Assembly: GCA_035948615.1 (NCBI GenBank)
Contig: DASZJB010000083.1
Span: 1 to 41,453 of the forward strand
Reading direction: 5' to 3'
Length of the DNA stretch: 41,453 nucleotides
DNA from: Candidatus Dormiibacterota bacterium
GTDB taxonomy: Bacteria > Chloroflexota > Dormibacteria > Aeolococcales > Aeolococcaceae
The stretch's first letter is position 1. Each line of letters begins with the position of its first letter. The position numbers and the translations under genes are program-made. Under the pieces are notes generated by a model that saw nothing but the letters and a program-made list of their open reading frames with translations, made no database searches and was not told the DNA's origin. Shown one piece after another: positions 14,980-23,768 of the stretch.

Positions 14980-16362
14980 TCACGGCACCGAGAGCACGCG
15001 CTCCCGGGTGAGTGGTTGCAGGGTCGGGGCGTCTGCCCGCTCCACCGGCTGCCGCAGCGCGATGGTCAGCGTCACCAGCATCGCCGAGGCCGAAATCGCC
15101 GGGAGGGACGTCACCTGGGTGAGCAGCCACCACCAGCCGGTGTGACTGAGTGCGACCAGCTGTGCCGAGGACGACACGTTGGCAATCAGCACCGGCGCGA
15201 GGACCGCGATCGCGACCACGAACGTCGCCGTCGACACCGTCAGCGCACGTGATCGCCACGCCCGGTCCGACGCCATGAGTCCCACCGCTGCGAACACGAT
15301 GATGATCGCGGTCACATAGTGCGCGTACCAGGTGATCGTGCTGGCGAGCAGCATGAAGAGCGTACCGGCGGCGAACTCGGCGCCGCTGACTGCTCGGTTT
15401 CGAGTCCCAGGGCCGACGGCGAAAAACAGCAGGCCAAGCATGACGATGAGGACCGCATAGGTCACCAGGCTGATCATCAGCGAACCCGATTGCGGGATCA
15501 GGACGGCGTGTCCAAAGAGACGGCTCGCCACTCCGCTGATCGACTGGTTGTACAGCCACCCGTCCTGCGCGGAGAGCACGGGGAGCACGCGGGTCACGTA
15601 CTCATGCAGTGTTGCGGTTCCGAACGCGGCGACGCCGAGTGCGAGTCCGGCAGCGACCGTGACGGCACATGCCGCAGCCGCCCGCCACCACCGGCGACGA
15701 ATGATCAGGACAACCAGGACAATCGGTGCGAGCTTGATGGAGGCCGCGATGCCGATCAGCACGCCGAACCGCGTCCGGTGCTCGTGGGTCCACGCATGGA
15801 GCGCGAGGGCGAGCAACAGGAAGATCACCGGATTCATCTGACCGTGCCAGTAGTTGTACGTGGCCGCCGAGAACAGGAACGTGACCAGCGCGCTGATCTC
15901 GAGACGCGGCCACCCTCGAGGCAACAGCGCGTAGGCGGCAACGCCTGTGGCTGCGGCGGTACAGGCGATGGTCAGCCACAGCCAGAGCGTGGCAGCGGCA
16001 GCCGCCGGAACCCAGGCGAGCGGCTGAACGAGGAAGGCGACGACCGGTGGGTAGTCGAATCCACTCAGCGCCACGTTGGGTCGCTGATGGATGAATTGCG
16101 CGTACAGGTCCGTGTGACTGGCGACGGCATGGGCGGCGGCCAGGTACGCGCCGAAATCCTCAAATTCGCCGGCGAAGGTGCCCCTGATGGGCGCGATCAC
16201 AAAGGTGATCACGCCCGCTATCACCGAGGCAATCGCGGCGGCACGGAGCACGAGCAGTCCCAGTGCGCGGGCGCGGGCATCTGGACGAAACCGGCGGTGG
16301 GTTCCGGCGGGGCTGCCCGTGCCGGGCAGGCTGAGGTGGCCTGGGTCGATAACCTCCGCCAT
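14980..16362 (-). CDS. GT-C polyprenol-phosphate-dependent glycosyltransferase, GT87/DUF2029-like (mannosyltransferase-like)
   Basis: It is a polytopic membrane protein. FEDFGAYLAAAHAV...DLY, YPPVVAFL and IKLAPIVLV resemble PimE/GT87-type proteins. It was trimmed to ATG 16362 because the track N-terminus (to 16746) is Arg-rich and antisense to the neighbouring gene. Confidence 0.8.
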   Translation of the reverse strand: MAEVIDPGHLSLPGTGSPAGTHRRFRPDARARALGLLVLRAAAIASVIAGVITFVIAPIRGTFAGEFEDFGAYLAAAHAVASHTDLYAQFIHQRPNVALSGFDYPPVVAFLVQPLAWVPAAAAATLWLWLTIACTAAATGVAAYALLPRGWPRLEISALVTFLFSAATYNYWHGQMNPVIFLLLALALHAWTHEHRTRFGVLIGIAASIKLAPIVLVVLIIRRRWWRAAAACAVTVAAGLALGVAAFGTATLHEYVTRVLPVLSAQDGWLYNQSISGVASRLFGHAVLIPQSGSLMISLVTYAVLIVMLGLLFFAVGPGTRNRAVSGAEFAAGTLFMLLASTITWYAHYVTAIIIVFAAVGLMASDRAWRSRALTVSTATFVVAIAVLAPVLIANVSSSAQLVALSHTGWWWLLTQVTSLPAISASAMLVTLTIALRQPVERADAPTLQPLTRERVLSVP

Positions 16363-16490
16363 CAACGGTCGAGTTTGATCGGGGTGCGGGGTGCCGGACG
16401 CCCTGGGTTGCCAAACCGTTACCCGGGTCGCCCAATGTCGTAGGCCCATGTAAAGATGCACCCCATGCGTCGTGGCCCCAGGATGACGCC

Positions 16491-18047
16491 GTGGTGAGCC
16501 GGCGACCGTGGTGGCACAACCGATTCGCCTATGGTGTGAGCGCCTTGGGGGCCGTCGTCGCCGTCCTCTACCTCTACAGAATCGGCAGCGATCCGCCCGG
16601 GCTCTACGCGGATGAGGCCAGCATTGGCTATAACGCCTGGACCATCGCGCACTTCGGGACCGACCAGTACGGCAACCACTTCCCGTTGTTCTTCGTGGAC
16701 TTCGGAGACTACAAGGGTCCGGTTGCGACCTATCTTGTAGCGCCACTCACATGGATCTTCTCGAGCGGCGCTGCAGTCGTGCGTCTGCCGAGTGTCGTGG
16801 CGGGCATCGCCATCTCCATGGTGGCCGGGCGAATCGCATTCGTGCGCACCCACTCCTTGCTGATCACACTCGTGACCATCTCGTTCACGGCAGTGCAGCC
16901 GTGGATCTTCCTCCAGAGCCATACGATGCTCGAGGGAAACGTCCTCATGGTGCTCTGCGTGATGTGCGCTTGCTGGTGCGTCGCAGAAGCCGATGTCGAC
17001 GGAGCATCAGCGAGATGGTGGACCGGCGCCGGCGTGGCTCTGGCGATCTGCATCTACACGTACTCGATCGGCCGGCTGCTTGCTCTGTTGGTCGCAGGGG
17101 TTGTTGTGCTGAGCTACGCTCGAGTTGGTCGAGACAAGCTGCTTCGATTCCTGTTCCCGATCGCCGCCGCATACGTGGTCCTGGGGATCTGGTCGTTCGA
17201 GAACCCCGGAGCGCTGCTCGGGCGCTTCCAGAGCGTAGGTCTTTTCGCCAACCATCCGTCAATCGTCAGCGCCGCGGTGACGTTTGCCGGCAACTACCTG
17301 AGCTATTTCAGCCCCAACTTTCTCGTCCTCCACGGTGACGGGAACCTCCGACAGACCACTGGATTCGGCGGCGTTCTGGTTGACGCCACCATCCCTCTCA
17401 TGATCATCGGCGCCGGCTGGCTCGTCGCGACTCGACGAACGGCGTACGCGCGGTTCGTCATGCTCGGTGCGCTGGTCGCTCCCATACCCGCCGCGCTGAC
17501 GCTCTTCGCACCGCACGCGCTGCGTGGCGCCGGACTGTTCCCCTTCCTCCTCCTCATGATGGTGGAAGGCACGTCCTGGGTGTGGAGGCAGTTGCGGACG
17601 CACAGCCTGGTCGCCATCGCGCTCGCCGCCATCGTGCTCGCCAGCGCCACGCCGTACTTTGTCGATTTCTTCGGCGGCTACCCAGCCCGCGCCGAGGTTG
17701 AATTCGAAGCCGGCGAAGGACCGGCGCTGGCGATGGCGTACACCGACGCTGCTGCCGGGGGGCACCGTCTGCTTCTCTCCGCGGCGCTCAACCAACCGAT
17801 CGTGCAACTGATGTACACGCTTGGTGCGCCCCCACCCCAGAGTGACTTTCTGCGTCGGGCTCGGATCACCGAGGTCAGCACGCTGGCGCAGCTCGATACC
17901 GCAGACCCTGGGGATGTGCTCGTCATCGGTCCCGGCGACACTCCGCCGCCACGCGCCCATCTCCTCTTCGTGGTCAACGGCGGACGGATCGTCCGCGCGC
18001 CCACGACCGTGTCCAGCCTTGATCTCCTCCGCGTCTACCAGGACTGA
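16491..18047 (+). CDS. GT-C glycosyltransferase, GT39/ArnT-PMT-like
   Basis: The first-loop acidic motif YADEASIGYNAW is present. There are about 11 TM segments followed by a C-terminal soluble domain. It is divergent from the GT87-like gene. Confidence 0.8.
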   Translation: MVSRRPWWHNRFAYGVSALGAVVAVLYLYRIGSDPPGLYADEASIGYNAWTIAHFGTDQYGNHFPLFFVDFGDYKGPVATYLVAPLTWIFSSGAAVVRLPSVVAGIAISMVAGRIAFVRTHSLLITLVTISFTAVQPWIFLQSHTMLEGNVLMVLCVMCACWCVAEADVDGASARWWTGAGVALAICIYTYSIGRLLALLVAGVVVLSYARVGRDKLLRFLFPIAAAYVVLGIWSFENPGALLGRFQSVGLFANHPSIVSAAVTFAGNYLSYFSPNFLVLHGDGNLRQTTGFGGVLVDATIPLMIIGAGWLVATRRTAYARFVMLGALVAPIPAALTLFAPHALRGAGLFPFLLLMMVEGTSWVWRQLRTHSLVAIALAAIVLASATPYFVDFFGGYPARAEVEFEAGEGPALAMAYTDAAAGGHRLLLSAALNQPIVQLMYTLGAPPPQSDFLRRARITEVSTLAQLDTADPGDVLVIGPGDTPPPRAHLLFVVNGGRIVRAPTTVSSLDLLRVYQD

Positions 18048-18087
18048 CGGCTGCCGCTCGACCCCCCGCGACTACGATGATTCCTCG

Positions 18088-19074
18088 ATGCGAGCAATGA
18101 TCCTCGACGCGCCCCGCGGAGCCCTCCACGAGGACGCCGTCGCCACGCCTGAGCCCGGCCCGGGAGAGGTGCTGGTCAGGGTCGGCGCGTGCGGCCTCTG
18201 CCGTACCGACCTCCACGTGGTAGACGGCGAGCTGACCCATCCGAAGCTGCCGCTGATCCCCGGTCACCAGATTGTCGGGGAGGTCGTCGAGGCCGGTACT
18301 GAAGTGGAGGCGGTCCACGTCGGAGACCGTGTCGGCATCCCCTGGCTCGGCTGGACGTGCGGGGAGTGCAGGTACTGCACGACCGGCCGCGAGAATCTCT
18401 GCGACAGCGCGCGATTCACGGGCTATGACATCGATGGTGGCTATGCCGAGTACACCGTCGCCGACGCGCGCTTCTGCTTTCCCGTGGACCGCTTCTTCAG
18501 CGACATAGAGGCTGCGCCGCTGCTCTGCGCGGGACTGATCGGATATCGCTCGCTCCGAGCAGCCGGAGACGGCGAGCGCCTCGGCCTGTACGGCTTCGGC
18601 GCGTCGGCACACATCGTCGCGCAGGTGGCGCGCCATCAGGGGCGGCGGGTGTTCGCGATCACACGACCCGGCGACACGGCGAGCCAGGAGTTCGCGATGC
18701 GGCTGGGTGCGGTGTGGGCTGGCGACACCGACCACGCGCCGCCCGAGGAGCTGGACGCGGCGATCATCTTCGCGCCGGTCGGAGCCCTGGTACCGCTCGC
18801 ACTCGGCGCTGTCGGAAAAGGCGGCACGGTGGTGTGCGCTGGAATCCACATGAGCGACATTCCATCGTTTCCCTATGATCTGCTGTGGGGAGAGCGCACG
18901 CTTCGCTCCGTGGCCAATCTGACCCGGCGCGACGGCACGGAGTTTCTCGCGCTCGCACATCGCATTCCGGTGCACGCTGAGGTTGAGACGTTGCCCCTCG
19001 CCCAGGCGAATGACGCGCTCACCCGGCTCCGTGACGGCAGGGTGCAGGGGGCTCTGGTCTTGACGGTCACATGA
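18088..19074 (+). CDS. zinc-dependent alcohol dehydrogenase (MDR family)
   Basis: Motifs present are GACGLCRTDLH, PGHQIVGEV, the structural Zn site CGECRYCTTGRENLC, and the Rossmann GLYGFGASAH. The start is ATG 18088 or 18097. The track extension to 17821 overlaps the previous gene. Confidence 0.9.
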   Translation: MRAMILDAPRGALHEDAVATPEPGPGEVLVRVGACGLCRTDLHVVDGELTHPKLPLIPGHQIVGEVVEAGTEVEAVHVGDRVGIPWLGWTCGECRYCTTGRENLCDSARFTGYDIDGGYAEYTVADARFCFPVDRFFSDIEAAPLLCAGLIGYRSLRAAGDGERLGLYGFGASAHIVAQVARHQGRRVFAITRPGDTASQEFAMRLGAVWAGDTDHAPPEELDAAIIFAPVGALVPLALGAVGKGGTVVCAGIHMSDIPSFPYDLLWGERTLRSVANLTRRDGTEFLALAHRIPVHAEVETLPLAQANDALTRLRDGRVQGALVLTVT

Positions 19075-21176
19075 ATCACACCACGTTGAACGATTCGAAC
19101 TTCCCCCGACAGCAGGCCCGGACTCGGCGCTTCAGTCTCGGGGTGCCACGAGACTTCGCCATCGCACCCGACGGAGGACGTGTGTTCTTCCTCCGCACCC
19201 GAAGTGGAAGCGATCCGGCCACGTGTCTGTGGCAACTCGACGTGCACACCAACACCGAGACTCTCGTTGTCGATCCGATGACGCTGGAGCGCGATGGCGG
19301 AGTCGAGGTCCCCGCGGAGGAGCGGATGCGCCGCGAACGCGCGCGCGAATCCTCCGGTGGGATCGTGCGGTTCTCCGTCGACCGCGACGCGACGCGTGCG
19401 GTGTTCGACCTCGGCGGCAGGATCTACGTCGTCGACCTGATCGCGGGACGTGTCACGGAGCTTCCGACCAACGGCAGCGCGATCGATCCGCGCCTGGATC
19501 CAACCGGTTCCGTGGTTGCATACGTGGAATCCGGAGCACTCCGGACGGTCCGCGTCGACGCTGGCGACGATCGCGTGCTGCTCAGCCCCGAGCATTCGGA
19601 CATCACCTACGGCCTTGCTGAGTTTGTGGCCGCCGAGGAGATGGATCGCTACAACGGGTACTGGTGGTCTCCCGATGGCTCGCGGTTGCTTGTGGCGCGT
19701 GTCGATGTGTCGCGCGTCCGCCGCTGGTACATCGCCGATCCGTCCAATCCCGAACGTCCCGCAGTCGCCGTCGCCTATCCGGCCGCGGGCACGGAGAACG
19801 CGGAGGTCACGCTCTTCCTCGCCGACCTCGACGGAGCGCCGCCGGTCGAGGTGCGCTGGGACCGAGGCCACTTTGAGTATGTGATCACCGCGAACTGGTC
19901 GGATCACGGGCTGCTCGTCGTCGTGCAGAGCCGCGATCAGCGCACCATCCGGATTCTCGACGTTGACACCTCGACCGGCGCGACATCGGTCCTACGCGAG
20001 GACACGGACGAGGCATGGGTCGACATCGTCGACGGCGTCCCGGCGAGGCTGGCGGACGGCACGCTGGTGTGGACCACGGATCGCGACGGCGCAAAGCGGC
20101 TCGTCATCGGCGACGACACTGTCACCGGGACGAAGCTCGAGGTGCGCGATGTTCTCGACGTCGACGGCGATATCGTCGTCTTCAGGGCATCGACAACGCC
20201 GGCCGAGGTGGGTGTCTACACGTGGTCACCCACCGGCGGCATCAGCGAGATGCGAACCGACGGCGTCAAGCCGGGCGTATGGCGGGCGCGTCGATGCGGC
20301 GGCACGACCGTGCTGACGTCGCGCGACCTTGAGCGCACCGGACCTCAGATCACGGTGCACCGTGAAGGAAGGCAGGTGGCCACGATCGAGTCGGTTGCGG
20401 AGACACCGGCGATCAACGTCATCGTTCGCCTGGTGACGCTGGGTGAACGCGCACTCCGCGCGGCCGTGATCTTCCCGACGGGCCACGAGCCGGGCAGCAG
20501 AAAGCTGCCGGTCCTGCTCGACCCCTATGGTGGTCCCGGGTTCCAGAAGGTCACCGCGTCGGCCGGTGCGTACCTGGCGTCGCAGTGGTTCGCGGATCAA
20601 GGCTTCGCGGTGCTTGTGGTCGACGGCAGGGGCACCCCTGGGGGCGATCATTCCTGGTCCCGCTCGATACGCGGCGATGTGGCGGGGCCTCCGCTCGAAG
20701 ATCAGGTCGATGGATTGCATGCCGCCGCGGCGATGTGGCCTGATTTCGACCTCTCGCGAGTGGCCATCCGCGGCTGGTCGTTCGGAGGATTCCTGGCGGC
20801 ACTTGCAGTGTTGCGCCGCCCCGACGTCTTTCATGTTGCAGTCGCGGGGGCACCGGTCACCGACCAGCGCCTCTACGACACGCACTACACGGAGCGATAC
20901 CTCGGGCACCCGGACCACGAGCCCGCGAACTACGCGAGGAGCTCACTGATCGCCGACGCGGGCCGCCTCACCCGCCCGCTGATGCTCATCCACGGACTCA
21001 GCGATGACAACGTCGTGGTTGCACATACGCTCCGCCTCTCCGCTGCCCTACTCGCCGCCGGACGGGAGCACACCGTGATCCCGATCACCGGGGCCACGCA
21101 CATGGCGAACGACCAGTCGGTCGCCGAGAATCTTCTGCTCCTCGAGCTCGAGTTCATGCGTCGCGCGCTGGCATGA
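19071..21176 (+). CDS. S9B dipeptidyl-peptidase IV-like serine peptidase
   Basis: The start is an ATGA overlap with the ADH stop. It has an N-terminal DPP-IV-type propeller region. The catalytic triad context is GWSFGG, HGLSDDNV and GATHM. Confidence 0.9.
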   Translation: MNHTTLNDSNFPRQQARTRRFSLGVPRDFAIAPDGGRVFFLRTRSGSDPATCLWQLDVHTNTETLVVDPMTLERDGGVEVPAEERMRRERARESSGGIVRFSVDRDATRAVFDLGGRIYVVDLIAGRVTELPTNGSAIDPRLDPTGSVVAYVESGALRTVRVDAGDDRVLLSPEHSDITYGLAEFVAAEEMDRYNGYWWSPDGSRLLVARVDVSRVRRWYIADPSNPERPAVAVAYPAAGTENAEVTLFLADLDGAPPVEVRWDRGHFEYVITANWSDHGLLVVVQSRDQRTIRILDVDTSTGATSVLREDTDEAWVDIVDGVPARLADGTLVWTTDRDGAKRLVIGDDTVTGTKLEVRDVLDVDGDIVVFRASTTPAEVGVYTWSPTGGISEMRTDGVKPGVWRARRCGGTTVLTSRDLERTGPQITVHREGRQVATIESVAETPAINVIVRLVTLGERALRAAVIFPTGHEPGSRKLPVLLDPYGGPGFQKVTASAGAYLASQWFADQGFAVLVVDGRGTPGGDHSWSRSIRGDVAGPPLEDQVDGLHAAAAMWPDFDLSRVAIRGWSFGGFLAALAVLRRPDVFHVAVAGAPVTDQRLYDTHYTERYLGHPDHEPANYARSSLIADAGRLTRPLMLIHGLSDDNVVVAHTLRLSAALLAAGREHTVIPITGATHMANDQSVAENLLLLELEFMRRALA

Positions 21177-21196
21177 CCTGACGGCGTGGAGACGGC

Positions 21197-22036
21197 TCAG
21201 GGGATCGCGATCAGGGCGATCGCAACCACAGCGAGTGCCGCGCCGACTGCCTGCAGGGGCGTCATCCGTTCATGGGTGAAGACGCGAGCACAGATCACGG
21301 TGAACGCCGGGTAGAACGAGGTGAGCAGGGCCGTCACCGAGAGCAGTCCGGTATGCGTCGCGTACAGGTACAGCACCACACCGGTGCCGTCGAAGACCCC
21401 GCCGATCGCGATGATCCGGAGAACACTCCGCCGGATCAGGGGGGATGTCCTCGTTATTGCGGCTGTGAGCAGCGCGGCTGACGCCGAGCCGAAGCGGCCG
21501 CTCACGAACGCGGTCACACCCGCGTGGCTGGCGGCGTGGAACAGGATGAAGAACAGGCCGAAGGAGACTCCGGCCAGCAGTGCGAGCGCCACGCCCAGTC
21601 GGGCGTTGCGCACCCCTTCGCGCCCCGGGCCGTTGATGAACACCAGCGCGGCGAGGCCGACGGCGATACCCCCCACCTGCCAGGGCTCGAGATGGTCGCC
21701 ACCGATCAGTCCCACGGCAACCGGCAGGGCGGCGGCAACGAACCCGGTGATCGGCGCCACCACACCGATCAGGTTCAGCGACATCGCGCGATAGAAGGCC
21801 ACCAGCCCGAGTCCGCCGACGGCGCCGCCGGCGTATCCCTGGAGCGCGGCCTGCGCATCCCAGCCGTGTGGCAGCAGCGCGAACGCGAGCGGCACCGCCA
21901 CCAGGCCCACCGACTCGACCGCGACGGCCACGCTCGCTGCGCTGCTTCTCCTGCCCGCAAAGCCTCCGGTGAAATCGGCGACCCCCAGAGTCACCGCGGA
22001 AGCCATGGCCGTCAGCGGCGAAAGGGGAAGGGTCAT
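21197..22036 (-). CDS. EamA/DMT-superfamily transporter
   Basis: It is a 279-aa protein with ten hydrophobic segments arranged as two 5-TM halves. Confidence 0.85.
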   Translation of the reverse strand: MTLPLSPLTAMASAVTLGVADFTGGFAGRRSSAASVAVAVESVGLVAVPLAFALLPHGWDAQAALQGYAGGAVGGLGLVAFYRAMSLNLIGVVAPITGFVAAALPVAVGLIGGDHLEPWQVGGIAVGLAALVFINGPGREGVRNARLGVALALLAGVSFGLFFILFHAASHAGVTAFVSGRFGSASAALLTAAITRTSPLIRRSVLRIIAIGGVFDGTGVVLYLYATHTGLLSVTALLTSFYPAFTVICARVFTHERMTPLQAVGAALAVVAIALIAIP

Positions 22037-22144
22037 GGCGGTATCTCACCGCATCAACGGGCCGCTTGCGGAGCCCATCGCCACTGATCGATACTTCCGG
22101 CCGCACGCCGCCGCTTGGGCGGTCCTGGACTGAGGAGGCGGCTG

Positions 22145-23740
22145 ATGAGTGGCGACACCGTGGTCACGACGCCAGATGCGGTAGACGCCGACGCCGCCCA
22201 GCTTGCGAAGTTCGGATACGGACAGGAGTTGCGACGCGTCCTCAACCTGTTCGAGAACTTCGCGGTCGCCTTCTGCTACATCTCGCCGGTCGTCGGGATC
22301 TATTCGCTGTTCGTCCTTGGCGTCGGCAGCGGGGGACCGCAGTACATCTGGCTGCTCCCGGTCGTTGTGCTCGGTCAGCTCTTCGTGGCGCTTGTCTTTG
22401 CCGAGCTGGGGAGCCACTACCCGATAGCGGGAGCGTTGTTCCAGTGGGGCAAGAACCTCATCGGTCCGAACTACGGCTGGTGGGTGGGATGGATGTACGG
22501 CTGGGCGCTGATCATGACGGTCGCCTCCGTGGACACGGGACTCATCATCTACGCGGGGCCGCTCATCAACAACATCTTCCACACCAACATCAACCCCGCG
22601 GATCCGAATCAGATCCTCATCGGCACCGTGCTGCTCATCATCGTCCAGCTGGCATTCAACGTCGGCGGCGTCAACTTCCTTGGGCGCATCTCCCAGATTG
22701 GTGTCTACTTCGAGATCATCGGCACCTTCGGTATCGCCATCATGCTGGCGATCGCGGGGTTCCACCACGGTCTCGATTATCTGTTCACCTCACAGGGAGC
22801 CGAGAACGCGGCGACCAGTCCCCTCGGCGTGAACTTCGGCGGGAACTGGTTGCTGGGCGCGGCCTTCGTCGCCATCCTGGCGCACGTGTACATCTTCTAC
22901 GGCTTCGAGTCCGCAGGGGACGTTGCCGAGGAGGTGGTTCAGGCGTCGAAGCGCGTACCGCGAGCGATCATCTCGTCGCTCCTCACTGCGGGAGTCACGA
23001 GCTTCGTGCTGGTCGGTGCGCTGCTGCTCGCCATCCCGGCGGGGGCGAAGGGGCTCAGCAACACCGTGGCCGGCGGCGTGCCGTTCCTGATCAGCTCGAA
23101 CGTCTCCAGCACCGTGATCCAGGACCTCGCGCTCTTTGTCGTGTGCTTCGCCTTCTTCAGCTGTGGACTCGCCATCCAGGCAGCCGCGGCACGGCTCATC
23201 TACTCGTACAGCCGCGATCGCGCGCTGCCTGCAAGCCGCAGCCTGTCGCGGGTATCGCCTCGGTTTCGCACTCCTGTGAACGCGCTCCTGGTGGCGGCGA
23301 TCATCCCCGCGCTCTTCGCGGCGCTCGCGCGCTTCACCCCGTCAACCCCCATCGTGATCGGGTTCATCACCATCCCGGCAAAGGTGAACGCGCTCTTCCT
23401 GCTCGTCTCGTTCGCCGTATCGGGGATCTACCTCTCCTTCCTCCTGGTGGTCGTCGCCGCGTTCATCGCTCGCCTCCGCGGATGGAGGGCTCAGGGCGCC
23501 TTCCGGCTCGGTGCATGGGGGCTGCCGGTGATCGTGCTCGGGGGCCTGTGGCTGGTGGCGATGCTGGTGAACATCCTCATCCCTTCGGGCATCGCGAGCC
23601 CGAGAGCGACGCTCTTCAACTACGACTGGATCACGCTCGTCATCGTGGTGATCATCGTCGCCCTCGGTGCCGTGTACACGCTGCTCGCGCGTCCCGCGCG
23701 GCGAATCGCACGGTCGGCATCCACGGACACGAGTCCTTAG
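22145..23740 (+). CDS. APC-superfamily amino acid / polyamine permease
   Basis: GAGGAGG (22132-22138) lies 6 nt before ATG 22145. There are about 12 TM segments, and FAELGSHYPIAGALFQW is typical of amino acid permeases. Confidence 0.9.
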   Translation: MSGDTVVTTPDAVDADAAQLAKFGYGQELRRVLNLFENFAVAFCYISPVVGIYSLFVLGVGSGGPQYIWLLPVVVLGQLFVALVFAELGSHYPIAGALFQWGKNLIGPNYGWWVGWMYGWALIMTVASVDTGLIIYAGPLINNIFHTNINPADPNQILIGTVLLIIVQLAFNVGGVNFLGRISQIGVYFEIIGTFGIAIMLAIAGFHHGLDYLFTSQGAENAATSPLGVNFGGNWLLGAAFVAILAHVYIFYGFESAGDVAEEVVQASKRVPRAIISSLLTAGVTSFVLVGALLLAIPAGAKGLSNTVAGGVPFLISSNVSSTVIQDLALFVVCFAFFSCGLAIQAAAARLIYSYSRDRALPASRSLSRVSPRFRTPVNALLVAAIIPALFAALARFTPSTPIVIGFITIPAKVNALFLLVSFAVSGIYLSFLLVVVAAFIARLRGWRAQGAFRLGAWGLPVIVLGGLWLVAMLVNILIPSGIASPRATLFNYDWITLVIVVIIVALGAVYTLLARPARRIARSASTDTSP

Positions 23741-23768
23741 CCAGAACGCTCCCAGGGTCGGGGAGCCC

